59,850 nt of DNA from an uncultured virus (IMG/VR IMGVR_UViG_3300036768_000388) (Duplodnaviria > Heunggongvirae > Uroviricota > Caudoviricetes). The DNA lies in the IMG/VR virus record IMGVR_UViG_3300036768_000388, positions 1 through 59,850 of that record; one strand, given 5' to 3'. The notes under the pieces were generated by a model. It saw only the letters and a program-made list of their open reading frames with translations. It had not been told where the DNA came from and did not search any database. Position numbers and translations under genes: made by a program. Within the stretch, counting starts at the first letter, position 1, and every line of letters begins with the position of its first letter. Positions 19,598 to 29,873 of the stretch are shown here, piece after piece.

Positions 19598-19928
19598 ATT
19601 AGGTCAAGGACTTATTAAGGGTTTGAAAGAGGCAGTTGCTGCCGCAGCTGCTCCTGCTGAAAAACCTAAAGAAGAACTTAAGACGATGGATCCAATTGAT
19701 CCTGGCCTAGTTACATTAGCTATGTCTCAAGCAGATCTAGCTATGTATATAAATTTAATGCATGTTTGTGCTCAGACTTTTGAGAAACTTGCTGCTACTG
19801 CAGCAGAGCAAAATGAAGAGGCTAGTTTTAATGTATATGCTGCACGCTATAAATTAACTATTAATTTTGCCCAACAACTAGCTGCCTTAGCTAAGGTTGG
19901 AGAACCTGAAAATAGAAACGTGCACTAG
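19554..19928 (+). CDS. hypothetical protein
   Basis: GGAGG RBS before TTG; basic N-terminus. Confidence 0.7.
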   Translation: MAKKKTSTKKKIKTKLGQGLIKGLKEAVAAAAAPAEKPKEELKTMDPIDPGLVTLAMSQADLAMYINLMHVCAQTFEKLAATAAEQNEEASFNVYAARYKLTINFAQQLAALAKVGEPENRNVH

Positions 19929-19981
19929 AATCCGATTTTAATTATTATTAAATAAAGACAACATTCCATTAGGAGGAGATA

Positions 19982-21118
19982 ATGAAGCCAAGTAACATTC
20001 CAGTGGTGTTAGATTTAGCACTTGAAGCAAGACGCCAAGGTAGAACGCTTAACCCAATCTTTACAGGTGAAGCTGGTCTTGGTAAATCAGAAATTACCCA
20101 ATCATGGGTTAAAAAACAACGCGAACGCAACCCTAGTTTCGGATTTGTTGACTTACGTATCGCTTACATGGAAGCACCAGATTTAATCGGTTTACCTGTT
20201 GAAGAAGTTGTTAACGGTAAAGGTCGCACTCGCCATTTCTTACCAGAGTTCTGGCCAACTGAAGGTGAAGGTTTGATTCTTCTTGAAGAACCGAATCGTG
20301 GTACGACAGGTGTAATGAACTGTCTAATGCAGCTTCTTACTGATTTTAAAGTACATAACTACACATTACCTGCCGGTTGGTTAATCGCAGCCTGTATCAA
20401 CCCTGACTCATCTGAGTACGATGTTAATACGATGGATGCTGCTCTTAAAGACCGTTTCGTTGAATTCGAGGTTGAATTCGATCACATGTCGTTCATCGAC
20501 TTTATGTCTGATGCTGACTGGCATGAATCTGTTCAAATGTTCGTTTCTTCTGGTATTTGGACTTATAAAACAACAAAAGAGCTCGGTAAAGATGGAAAAT
20601 ATATCTCTCCACGTACTTGGTCAAAAGTAAATGCAGCTGAAAAAGCCGGTGTAAATAAAAACCGTGCATTACACAGATTGACTGTTCAGTCTATCTTAGG
20701 TAAAGACATTGGTAATGAATACCATAAGTTCTGTTACGATTCAGCTCCAGTAACAGCTTCAGATATCTTGAAAGATAAAACTGCAGCATTCAAACGCTTA
20801 GTTACTCAATCAGATCCTTCAACATACCAAGGCGACATGATCGCTGCGACAGTTGAATCGATCGAAAAAGCTTACGGCGGATTGAAGAAAGATTGCAAAA
20901 ACGATCAGATCGACGAAGATACAATGGTAGAAGTTGCTAAGATTATCCCTGCTGACCACGCTGTAAATCTGATAAAAGGATGTGGATATAAGCAAAGTAG
21001 AGGTCAAATAACTACATTCTTTAAAGAGTTTACAACTCGTCATCCAGACTTAGTAAAAGTTCTAAAAGACAACATAAAAATTAGTCGCGCAACTAGCGTA
21101 CCTACAAAAACTAAGTAA
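19982..21118 (+). CDS. MoxR-like AAA+ ATPase
   Basis: GEAGLGKS, DLIGLP, LLEEPNR, ALKDRF, SPRTW. Confidence 0.9.
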   Translation: MKPSNIPVVLDLALEARRQGRTLNPIFTGEAGLGKSEITQSWVKKQRERNPSFGFVDLRIAYMEAPDLIGLPVEEVVNGKGRTRHFLPEFWPTEGEGLILLEEPNRGTTGVMNCLMQLLTDFKVHNYTLPAGWLIAACINPDSSEYDVNTMDAALKDRFVEFEVEFDHMSFIDFMSDADWHESVQMFVSSGIWTYKTTKELGKDGKYISPRTWSKVNAAEKAGVNKNRALHRLTVQSILGKDIGNEYHKFCYDSAPVTASDILKDKTAAFKRLVTQSDPSTYQGDMIAATVESIEKAYGGLKKDCKNDQIDEDTMVEVAKIIPADHAVNLIKGCGYKQSRGQITTFFKEFTTRHPDLVKVLKDNIKISRATSVPTKTK

Positions 21119-21133
21119 CCCATGGTCAGAGGG

Positions 21134-21139
21134 TATAAT
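21134..21139 (+). promoter_or_regulatory. -10 promoter of the kinase-GIY-YIG gene
   Basis: GGGTATAAT followed by GAGG RBS. Confidence 0.55.
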
Positions 21140-21153
21140 CTTTAAGAGGCTTT

Positions 21154-22344
21154 ATGGAAAAACGAAAGATTTACTTAGTAAGTGGTATATCTGGCTCAGG
21201 GAAGAGCTGGGTATGCTCGCAATTAACAGACAAAGCTATATATATCGATGCTGATTCACTCTCAGTTGAAGATGCCATAGATTTTATGGTTAAAAATAAA
21301 GGTCCATTTTTGTATGATTTACACAAACCTGTGTCAACCTTTATAAGGAAGAACAGCGATATTTTTGATATTTGTTTAGTAGTGATACTAGGTGATTACT
21401 TAGAAATTAAAAGCAACTTAAAAAAAAGAAACCCTGCTTGGACTTATAGCGTTGGCATGAAAACTAGATGGAACAGAATGCACAATTTATCAAAGCACGT
21501 TAAAGCAGTATTTAGTGGGTCAGCAAGAGACGTCCTTAAATTCTTAAAAAGAGATTTAGACGATCGAGTTCATAAAATATATAAAGCCACTTCACCGAGT
21601 GGAAAGGTTTACATAGGTAAAACATCAATGGAATTATCACAAAGAATAGCCAGTCATAAATATGACGCCTTTAAACGTCAAAGACCGTGGGCATTCAGCG
21701 CTGCACTAAGAAAGTATGGTGATCAAATTACATGGGAAATACTAGTAGACAACATTCAGTCCTCCAAAGAGATCTCCTTCTTAGAAAAGAAATATATTAA
21801 GGAGTATCAATCCACTAACCCTAATTATGGGTACAATTTAACGTTCGGTGGAGATGGAGGTGGTCGCTTAATAGGAGAGTTTGCTCTAAAAAAGTCTAAT
21901 AATCTAAAAAAATACTATGCCTCAGATAGAGGACAACAGATGAAAGAGCATTTGCGCAATACATCACTCGCAATGCGCAGCACTAATATTAATAATACTA
22001 TTAATGAAAAAGTTAAGCAAAAAAGATCATCTATAGAGTCAAGAAAAAAGACATCAGAAGCCAATAAAAAACTTTACTCAGATCCAGCAATGCGAGAAAA
22101 AATGTCTCAAATTAATAAGGCTTCATATAGTGATTTAGAAGTTAAACGAAAAGTTGCTTTAGCAGTTCGCGCAGCTAGAGCGAAAAAATTTGATGTTTTT
22201 AAATTAGATGGTACATATGTTGGGCAATGGGATAGCGCTTCGACTTGTGCAGAAGACCTTAATATCTCAAGAAACGGAATATCGAATTGCCTTCATGGTA
22301 GGCAGCAAACAGTTGGCGGTTTTAAAGTTAAATATGTTTATTAA
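21154..22344 (+). mobile_element. free-standing GIY-YIG homing endonuclease with N-terminal P-loop kinase domain and C-terminal NUMOD1-like HTH
   Basis: GISGSGKS; KIY..10..YIG, R, E, GYN; FKLDG..V..W.S...A......I..C..G. Confidence 0.82.
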
Positions 22345-22357
22345 AACCTAATGGTTT

Positions 22358-22399
22358 CCCAGGCAGGTGAACCTCCTCCCTAGCCTGCCTGGGTTTTTC
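22358..22399 (+). terminator. Rho-independent terminator
   Basis: CCCAGGCAGG...CCTGCCTGGG followed by TTTTT. Confidence 0.8.
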
Positions 22400-22432
22400 T
22401 CTCTACTGAGGGACATGTGAACTGATATTCAT

Positions 22433-22642
22433 ATGTTTATCGAGTATAAAATTGGCGATCAAGCTTGGCAAGCAGATAAACACCATGTTAAGCATATAGA
22501 AGATAATATGGGTCATTTAATAGAGATTGATTATGCCCATAGATATTACCAGCTATTTGGACGTCTCGCTGGGGTTAGGTACGATGGAATAGATGCCCTA
22601 GGTCTTCCAAACGATGTTTCCTCCATAATTAAGGGTGGGTAG
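22433..22642 (+). CDS. hypothetical protein
   Basis: 69-aa ORF. Confidence 0.5.
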   Translation: MFIEYKIGDQAWQADKHHVKHIEDNMGHLIEIDYAHRYYQLFGRLAGVRYDGIDALGLPNDVSSIIKGG

Positions 22643-22919
22643 TGATGGACATGGACGTAGTCATTTATATTCCTGTCTTGAAGAGTTTGAGAAGATTATA
22701 GTTGAAGAATATGAAGGTCTTAACAGTGCGGCTCCGAAAGCTTTTCGCAGTAATGATGAACAATATCGCTACGGCAAATTTAGCTATATCAATATAGCAG
22801 CTCTCTGCAGAGATCAAGTAGATAAATTTAAGGTGGAGCTAGAATCTGAGAAATACCTTCTTGGTCAAGATATGAACATTGAAGTGCAGTGTAGACTTGT
22901 TTATTTCTTCGATAACTAA
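22635..22919 (+). CDS. hypothetical protein
   Basis: 94-aa ORF. Confidence 0.5.
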   Translation: MGSDGHGRSHLYSCLEEFEKIIVEEYEGLNSAAPKAFRSNDEQYRYGKFSYINIAALCRDQVDKFKVELESEKYLLGQDMNIEVQCRLVYFFDN

Positions 22920-22956
22920 AACCCGATACGATAGAATCCTGTAGTAAGGAGATAGT

Positions 22957-24342
22957 ATGTCATCAAGACTTAGAGACCCAAAACAAATTAAAGAACAAAT
23001 GGACAAAGAGTTCGTCTCGGTAGAGGATAAATCGCAATGTTTAGCGACAGCCATCTACGAAACATCTAAGTCGCACCCTTTCTTAGGTTCAGTTCTTCAA
23101 TGTTTAACGATTCAATATTCTCACCAATTACCAACTGCTGGTATCTTGTTCAATACAGATGCTAAGCGCTGGGATATGCTAGTTAATCCATACTTTTTCT
23201 GTAAAAAATTAAATGCAGCTCAACGCAAAGCTGTTCTAATCCACGAATTGTCACACATCACGCATAAACATCCACTACGTGTACCATTCTTAAAGATTTC
23301 TGCTCGTAAGCGCATGCTTATGAATATTGCAGCTGATATGGCCATCAATCAGTTTATCAAAGATCTTCCATCTGGATGTCAACATTGTCCTCCAATCGAA
23401 GCTAAACAACCTTGCCCAGACGAAATGTGTCCAGGTCGTTGCATTGATGTTAAAGATTACTACGATGTTGATGAAAAAACGCAAAATAAACTTCCATGGC
23501 CTACAAACCAAACAATGGAAGCTTATTATGAGCGTTTAATCAAAAGATTCGAAGACCCAGATAAAGATGATAAAGGCGAAGGTAACGCTGGTGGCGGTAC
23601 AAATACATCTGATCTACCAGACACTATCGATGAGCACATGTGGGACGGAGCTGGTGATGAGAAAGAGATGCTTGACGCTACTGAGGAGTTAGTTAAGCGT
23701 GCGATGGTTAAATCTCGCTTATCTTACGACGATTTGCCAGGTCACATTAAAGATCTTTTAGAAGAGATCAAGACTCGCCGTGCAGAATTAAATTACAAAG
23801 CTTTGATTATGGCTGCTATGAAGAAGCACGCTTCTGGTCACAACCGTAAATCAACTTGGAATCGTAAAAATAAACGTCTTGGATTTAAAGCTCCAGGTAC
23901 TAAAGTAGGTGATTTACCTAAGCTCGAGTTATATCTCGATACTTCTGGCTCTATCTCTACGGAAGAGCTAAATGAATTCCTTGAGATCGTTGATCAATTC
24001 TTAAAAGTTGGTGCTCGTAAATGTAACCTATCTTTCTTCCATACAGAGTTGTACGGTAGACAGCCGTATAAGATGGGCACAAATATTAACAAGAATGATA
24101 TTCAGTCTGGCGGCACAGAGTTAACTCCAGTTCTACAAGATATTTTTCAACGACGTGGCGATTTAAGTATCATCATCACTGATGGTTACTACAGCGATGT
24201 CCCTATTGAATCATGGATGAAGCCTGGTCAACAATTTCCGCAAATTCTTTGGATTATCTCTAAGGGGGGCATAGAAAAACACCCTTTAGCGAGAGTCGGC
24301 AATACGGTCAAGGTGCCAGACTCTTCTTCAAGTAAGAAGTAA
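22957..24342 (+). CDS. metallopeptidase-vWA protein (DUF2201-like), partner of the MoxR ATPase
   Basis: HELSH (HExxH), NIAADMAIN, DTSGS MIDAS, GGT, TDG. Confidence 0.9.
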   Translation: MSSRLRDPKQIKEQMDKEFVSVEDKSQCLATAIYETSKSHPFLGSVLQCLTIQYSHQLPTAGILFNTDAKRWDMLVNPYFFCKKLNAAQRKAVLIHELSHITHKHPLRVPFLKISARKRMLMNIAADMAINQFIKDLPSGCQHCPPIEAKQPCPDEMCPGRCIDVKDYYDVDEKTQNKLPWPTNQTMEAYYERLIKRFEDPDKDDKGEGNAGGGTNTSDLPDTIDEHMWDGAGDEKEMLDATEELVKRAMVKSRLSYDDLPGHIKDLLEEIKTRRAELNYKALIMAAMKKHASGHNRKSTWNRKNKRLGFKAPGTKVGDLPKLELYLDTSGSISTEELNEFLEIVDQFLKVGARKCNLSFFHTELYGRQPYKMGTNINKNDIQSGGTELTPVLQDIFQRRGDLSIIITDGYYSDVPIESWMKPGQQFPQILWIISKGGIEKHPLARVGNTVKVPDSSSSKK

Positions 24343-24344
24343 AT

Positions 24345-25097
24345 GTGAGTAAACCTGGATTAGGTGGAATGATGGGTAGACTTTTTCATATTGCTGATAT
24401 TCACGGAGAGTTAAAACTCCTAAATAAACTATTAGAAACTCTACATAAAGATCATGCTTTAGATCTCTCTAAAGATAAGATCATATTTACTGGCGACTAT
24501 TGTGATAGAGGTCCAGATACTTATGGAGTTATCGAGAGACTTAAGAAGTTAAATGAGGCACATCCAGATAATGTTATCTGCTTAGCTGGTAACCATGAGT
24601 GGATCAATATCTTATACTTCACGAGACACCTACCTGATGATGTTTGGTTGTTCGATAATAATGGTGGACCACAAACTCTTCAGAGTTATCAGATGGCTGG
24701 CTTCAGTAAGATGACTCACGACCACATTCAATGGCTTTCCAACTTACCCTTTAAACATGAAGAGCCTGGCTTCTTCTTTTCTCATGCCCCAGTTCCAAGG
24801 GAAAATAGTAGGAATATAGCGAATAGGGGTTTAGAGATAACCCCTGATGAGTTAATCTGGGGAATTTGGGATGGAGTAGGTGATGAATTCAACATGGCTA
24901 GAGATCACGGGAACGGCATTATAGGTGTTTGTGGGCATATCCATGCAATCAGAAAAGGCCAATTTTACCCTCGCTTCTATCTCCATTATATTTATGGAGA
25001 TTGTGGAGCGGGATGTTCACCAAAAGCTCCTTTATGTGCAATTAATGTTATAACAAGGGAAGTTATCTATGCTTGGCCAGATCAAAAAGTGCAGTAA
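24345..25097 (+). CDS. calcineurin-like metallophosphoesterase (Ser/Thr phosphatase type)
   Basis: DIHG, GDYCDRG, GNHE, HA, GH motifs. Confidence 0.92.
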   Translation: MSKPGLGGMMGRLFHIADIHGELKLLNKLLETLHKDHALDLSKDKIIFTGDYCDRGPDTYGVIERLKKLNEAHPDNVICLAGNHEWINILYFTRHLPDDVWLFDNNGGPQTLQSYQMAGFSKMTHDHIQWLSNLPFKHEEPGFFFSHAPVPRENSRNIANRGLEITPDELIWGIWDGVGDEFNMARDHGNGIIGVCGHIHAIRKGQFYPRFYLHYIYGDCGAGCSPKAPLCAINVITREVIYAWPDQKVQ

Positions 25098-25166
25098 GCA
25101 TGAAATCTCTAAGCCAATATAAGCTACGATTAATTCCTTACCCAATCCAGTGGTAAAATAAGCCTC

Positions 25167-25745
25167 ATGAGCGATATGAAAGAAGTATGCGAACAATTAG
25201 AAAAGAAGTGCCCTCGTTGCGGTAAAGCATCAGCCAACTCATCTAATCCTAGCGGAAGATGCTCATCTTGTCTTAAAAAACTTAAGATAGCTAAGAAAAC
25301 ACCTGGTTCAGCTCAGAGGGCACAAACTAAGGCGGACGATGCATTAAGACGTCAAAAGGGTAAGAACGGCACAGCTTCAAAGAAGCATTCTGGTTTGGGT
25401 ACGCGTAAATCTATAGTGAAGCAGATTCAGTCAGCTGAGAAGAAGACTGGTCAAAAACTATCACTGGATCGTAAGGACAACTCAAAAGGTTACGCATCAT
25501 CTAATACAAGAGCAGTCCCTGAACATCTTAATCGCGGTAGACATCATGTTGATGAGAAGAAACTTAAAGCTTGGAAGAAACGCTTAAAGAAGCACGATCT
25601 AACTGCAGAAGAGTTCTATACTCTTATGAAGGCTAAATTTGCAGCCGACGAAGTAGTGTCAGAACTAATCAAATCACTTGGACCTGAAGGTCTAGATAAC
25701 TATATCAACGCTTTTGACGAAGACGTTGAAAACACCACAGAATAA
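25167..25745 (+). CDS. basic zinc-finger protein with an HNH-like segment
   Basis: CPRC..CSSC; SLDRKDNSKGY..SN.R......N; TAAAAT 7 nt before the ATG. Confidence 0.65.
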   Translation: MSDMKEVCEQLEKKCPRCGKASANSSNPSGRCSSCLKKLKIAKKTPGSAQRAQTKADDALRRQKGKNGTASKKHSGLGTRKSIVKQIQSAEKKTGQKLSLDRKDNSKGYASSNTRAVPEHLNRGRHHVDEKKLKAWKKRLKKHDLTAEEFYTLMKAKFAADEVVSELIKSLGPEGLDNYINAFDEDVENTTE

Positions 25746-25794
25746 TACGATTGTAGAATCCCCTTAAAGGATTATATTAAAGGGTAAAATTTAT

Positions 25795-26373
25795 ATGTTT
25801 GCAACCATTTTATTATGGTTCGCAAGCGCTTTTATTGAGTTTCTATATAGTGGTAACGTTACATAACTGATGTCTATTATTAGCTCAATACTATTTACTA
25901 TCACCTACTTACTGAGGAAGAGAATGAGAGCAGTAGAAGTGCTAAGTAAAGTTACAGGTCTAACGCAAGGCCTATTTAACGAAATTTCCTCTAAGACTAG
26001 AGGTATGCTTCCTAAAAATATCTTTGAATGTCAAGCTGAATCCGACGAATATGAAGTTCTTCTTAATCAGAAGAATGAAGTTCTTCAAATTAAGAACGCA
26101 TACACAACTTGGGATAAAGATATCATCAACTCTCTAATAACAGAACCTGTTCCTCAACCTGCCCAACCTAAAGTTCAGGCTAATCTACCACAATTAACTC
26201 CAAATGTAGTCAATACATTAGTATTATCCACTTTATTAGATCCAAGCTCACTATCTGTTGCTTGTAGTGATAAGTTTGCAAAAGAAGCAAAAGAATGTGA
26301 AGTTACGCTTATAAAGTATTATCAAGATTATTTAAAAGAAGATTGGACTAAAAAAATACAAGACAGAATATAA
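25795..26373 (+). pseudogene. membrane protein interrupted by a single in-frame TAA
   Basis: ATG 25795 (MFATILLWFASAF...) is in frame with the 25870 ORF across TAA 25864-25866. Confidence 0.55.
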
Positions 26374-26419
26374 GAAAGCTATAGTCTTACAGCACTGTAG
26401 GGAAATAAGGGGTAACTAA

Positions 26420-26935
26420 ATGATTTCTTACAAAAAGATGTCTTTATTCGACACTCCGCAAGAAAGCATCATCATACATACCTGTAATTCTCAGGGTGTT
26501 TGGAGGTCTGGTATCGCAAAACCTTTTAAAGAGAAATATCCATTAAGCTTCATTGATTATAATGGTTTTTGTACTAATGCAAATAAAACTAGAGGTTCTG
26601 CATGCGGTAGAGCATCGCTGTCCCAGTTTCATGAAACTGAGCCTCACTGGGTTGGATGGATCGTAACTTCACATACCTATGGAGATCTTAAAGATCCGCC
26701 TGAGTTAATTAAGATAAATACAACTATGGCATTGATGGAGCTATGTAAGAAGATCTATATGGCTCACTCTAAAGAAGAATACCCTGAGATCAATGTTTAT
26801 TCAAATAAGTTTAACTCAGGTCTATTTGCAGTCCCATGGGAAGAGTCTGAGCTTATCTTGAATACAGTTTTAAAAGACTTTAAACGAATCAATTGGATAG
26901 TCTGTGACCCAGACTTATATGATTATAAGGGGTAA
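26420..26935 (+). CDS. Poa1p-like macrodomain protein (ADP-ribose processing)
   Basis: IIHTCNSQGVWRSGIA..FK.KYP, NKFNSGLFAVPWE. Confidence 0.85.
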   Translation: MISYKKMSLFDTPQESIIIHTCNSQGVWRSGIAKPFKEKYPLSFIDYNGFCTNANKTRGSACGRASLSQFHETEPHWVGWIVTSHTYGDLKDPPELIKINTTMALMELCKKIYMAHSKEEYPEINVYSNKFNSGLFAVPWEESELILNTVLKDFKRINWIVCDPDLYDYKG

Positions 26936-26937
26936 TT

Positions 26938-27228
26938 ATGATTGTACTTTTAACTTTATTAATGTTTGTGTTTTTTATTGTCTCATTAAGTTTAGAGATT
27001 TCTAAAATAAATAATAAACACTCTAAACTAATTAAGAACGCAAAAGTTAAAGTTATTAGTGGTTTTCATATTAATAGTGAGGGTACTATAATTGGTTACA
27101 ACCGTAAGAATCACACCCACTCAGGTGGACTTTTTTCAGATGCTTTATATGTATCTGAGCACTGGGTTGTAAAATTAACCACTGGTGAAGAAATTACAGT
27201 GCGTTTTGACGAAGTAGATCCAATATAA
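26938..27228 (+). CDS. membrane-anchored hypothetical protein
   Basis: N-terminal TM followed by a KOW-like VKVISGFH...GTI. Confidence 0.55.
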   Translation: MIVLLTLLMFVFFIVSLSLEISKINNKHSKLIKNAKVKVISGFHINSEGTIIGYNRKNHTHSGGLFSDALYVSEHWVVKLTTGEEITVRFDEVDPI

Positions 27229-27370
27229 GAAACTATTGGTACAGTATAATCAACCGAGAAGGTCCCTAAATAGATACTACGCGGCATCTTGGTCAAAAGA
27301 GTATCTGAAAAGTAAGTGAAGACCTAAAACTAATACCCGTTTTCTCTATCTGTTCATTATCTACCTACAC

Positions 27371-27676
27371 ATGGGCTCGAAAGAGTGTATATTCCTTTTA
27401 ATGAATAATATCCTCATGAGTTGGAATAAAGATACTTATTGTTATAAATATAAGCGCGAAGTTAAATTTAACCATACTGAGTGGTCTTATTCAGATTGCT
27501 ACGACGAAGATTTATACCATGACTTAATGAATGATAGGTGGTTGTTTTATAACTGGTGTGACTTCGGAAACCCTAAGAGTATAGAAGAACTACATCAATA
27601 CAGAATCTTGACACTACTACACAAACTAAAACTTAAAAACCCTATAAAAGTAATAGACCAAATTAGTTGGTATTAA
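27371..27676 (+). CDS. hypothetical protein
   Basis: 101-aa ORF. Confidence 0.45.
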   Translation: MGSKECIFLLMNNILMSWNKDTYCYKYKREVKFNHTEWSYSDCYDEDLYHDLMNDRWLFYNWCDFGNPKSIEELHQYRILTLLHKLKLKNPIKVIDQISWY

Positions 27677-27677
27677 G

Positions 27678-27741
27678 ATGGCGCAGCGCACACCAACAGG
27701 AATCGAGTCTGGATAGCCCGTAGACAGCCGGGTGCGCTTCC
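27678..27741 (-). pseudogene. degenerate tRNA-Asp-like (GTC) element without a D arm
   Basis: minus strand AGCGCAC-CCGGCT-GTC-TACGGG...TCGATTCC...GTGCGCT-GCGCCA. Confidence 0.4.
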
Positions 27742-27777
27742 ACTTAATCTAAACCAAATCCGTCTTGATCCATTTTT

Positions 27778-27854
27778 TGCATCGCTAGTGTAATTGTTAG
27801 TGCGACAGCCTCCAAAACTGTTTGACTAATTCGATTCCTAGGCGGTGTGCGCCA
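27778..27854 (+). tRNA. degenerate tRNA-Trp (CCA), probably a pseudogene
   Basis: GCATCGC/GCGGTGT acceptor, ACAG-C-CTCCAAA-A-CTGT anticodon arm, TTCGATTCC T loop, CCA end; D and T stems damaged. Confidence 0.65.
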
Positions 27855-27871
27855 TCTTGTATAACAGAATA

Positions 27872-28282
27872 ATGTCTACTGCTATTTTTGTATATTTAAT
27901 ACTTACTTTAACTTTCAGCGTTTCGCTATCTATAGCACTATCAGAATCCCCTAGATTCGATGAGAAAATTAGCGCAATATCTATAATTTTCTGTACAATA
28001 TTTTGGCCAATATTCTTAATAGCTATTGGGATTCTTAGTGCAATAGATATTTATAGAGATTACTTATCTAAACAGGCAAATAAGATATTCAACAAATATC
28101 ATTTTGGTGCAACTAAAACTGACACATTTATGACCCTACTATCGGAAGCATCGGATAAAGACTTAAAGATTATCTTAAGAGCAGCTGATAAAAAGGTGAT
28201 AAGTATAAATGATAAACACATAGACTTATTAAAAAAAGAGATACAGAATAGAAAATTTGAAAAAGAGGTTTTAGATGGCTAA
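27872..28282 (+). CDS. two-TM membrane protein
   Basis: two hydrophobic helices, FWPI motif; TATAAC 6 nt before ATG 27872. Confidence 0.7.
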   Translation: MSTAIFVYLILTLTFSVSLSIALSESPRFDEKISAISIIFCTIFWPIFLIAIGILSAIDIYRDYLSKQANKIFNKYHFGATKTDTFMTLLSEASDKDLKIILRAADKKVISINDKHIDLLKKEIQNRKFEKEVLDG

Positions 28283-28466
28283 AAAGAAAAAGTCTGAAGA
28301 GGTTGTTGCGGATCAACAAGCTGAGAAATCAGCTGCTGCACCTAAGTCTTTAGGTATCAAAGTTAGATTAGAGAAGTCAATTTCTGGCAGATTAACTGTT
28401 ACCGTTAAACTTTTAGATGGCGATAATGTTATTGCAGAAGATTACGATTTTGTACAGGTAGATTAA
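28275..28466 (+). CDS. hypothetical protein
   Basis: GAGG RBS. Confidence 0.65.
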   Translation: MAKKKKSEEVVADQQAEKSAAAPKSLGIKVRLEKSISGRLTVTVKLLDGDNVIAEDYDFVQVD

Positions 28467-28504
28467 AGAAAATACAGATGAAGGTGTGGTGAACCTAAGG
28501 AGGA

Positions 28505-29002
28505 TTGTTGAAATTGCGATACTTAAACGACCCAGTATTGAGAACAGAGAGTGAGCCTGTAATAGAAGTAGAACTAACAGATATATTATCATATATCCCT
28601 GAAATGATTAAAATCATGAATGCTGAGGGTGGTGTTGGATTAGCAGCTAACCAAGTAGGTATAGCTAAAAGATTCTTCATAATTAAATTAGATGAAGAGG
28701 TTAAGTTAATAATTAACCCAACTATCCTTGAAATAGGCAATACTTCTAAATATGAAGAGGGTTGCTTATCTATACCTGGAGCTTCTGCTGAAACCTATAG
28801 AGCTAGGTATATAAAGATTAAGTATAAAGATAATTCATTCAACGATGTTGAACAAGAATTTAATGGTCTTGCAGCAATTGCGATTCAACATGAGATAGAT
28901 CACATTAATGGTAAACTATATATAGATCATCTGGAGCCAATGAGAAGATTACTAATAGCTAATAAACATAGGGATTTTCTTAATAAGAAAGGGAGAAAGT
29001 AG
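28505..29002 (+). CDS. def: peptide deformylase
   Basis: GVGLAANQ, EGCLS, QHEIDH. Confidence 0.96.
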   Translation: MLKLRYLNDPVLRTESEPVIEVELTDILSYIPEMIKIMNAEGGVGLAANQVGIAKRFFIIKLDEEVKLIINPTILEIGNTSKYEEGCLSIPGASAETYRARYIKIKYKDNSFNDVEQEFNGLAAIAIQHEIDHINGKLYIDHLEPMRRLLIANKHRDFLNKKGRK

Positions 29003-29544
29003 TGGATATAGGGATGCTTTTAATTAGTTTTGTTTTAGGTATAATTCTTGGATTCTTAGTATCTATTGGAGTTATTCTTTACTTAGGTAAAAAGTCGCTC
29101 TCTAAAAAATTAGAGAATAAGTTGGAATCTGTTAAGAAAGCTACTAAACAGATCGAATCTGTATCAGAACGCATGAAGAAAGTTAAAGAGATAACTAACG
29201 AGCAGTTGGGTATGCAGGCTAGAGCAACCATGCCTCAAAAAAATGGACTAGATGGTAAGTATAAAAATGGACTCATCTCTGAGATCAAGAGACTTGAACA
29301 AGAGAAACATGAGATCTTAAAATCTATATTAAAAGATGGTTTCGATCTAGAGATCACAACGATCGATGAAACTGGAGTAGTTACTTCAATGAAACTATCT
29401 CAATTTATGGCAGATCAAGGTATTGTCTTCTCTAAAGAAGAAACTATAAAAGAAAAAACTATAAAAGAAGAAACTATAAAAGAAGTTAAAACTAAACAAG
29501 TCGGAAAATTCACTATTATTAAGGGTGGAAAAACTTCTCACTAG
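29002..29544 (+). CDS. membrane-anchored coiled-coil protein
   Basis: N-terminal TM, KEETI repeats. Confidence 0.7.
   Translation: MDIGMLLISFVLGIILGFLVSIGVILYLGKKSLSKKLENKLESVKKATKQIESVSERMKKVKEITNEQLGMQARATMPQKNGLDGKYKNGLISEIKRLEQEKHEILKSILKDGFDLEITTIDETGVVTSMKLSQFMADQGIVFSKEETIKEKTIKEETIKEVKTKQVGKFTIIKGGKTSH
29434..29485 (+). repeat. 15-bp tandem repeat, about 3.5 copies
   Basis: AAAGAAGAAACTATA units encoding KE(E/K)TI. Confidence 0.85.
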
Positions 29545-29552
29545 GGGAAGTT

Positions 29553-29873
29553 GTGGTAATTGTTACTAAAAATCAATACATCTTGGCTTCTAAGATTCAT
29601 CTCATCACTATGGGTGAGCAAGTTAACTTTAGAGAAGTTGCTGTAAATGGTAAAGCTAACACCGTGAAAGAGTCCTACTTTCAAATCACAATTGTATATT
29701 CACCTAACGATATTAATACTCTCAAAACAATCACCATAAATCATCAGATGGGCTTTTACAACATGAGATTAATTTTTTGTAAATCTGCCTTAGACCGTTA
29801 TCCGAATAAATATACAAAAAACATGAGAAAAGATTATTTGCGGCAGAAACTGAAGCCGAGAGAAGGTTTTTAA
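29553..29873 (+). CDS. hypothetical protein (3' part may be degraded)
   Basis: GGGG RBS; followed by about 440 bp of short ORF fragments. Confidence 0.45.
   Translation: MVIVTKNQYILASKIHLITMGEQVNFREVAVNGKANTVKESYFQITIVYSPNDINTLKTITINHQMGFYNMRLIFCKSALDRYPNKYTKNMRKDYLRQKLKPREGF

Noticed and set aside
27675-27858. Retron msr-msd with a1/a2 inverted repeats
   Set aside because: No RT gene nearby, and the content is tRNA-derived.
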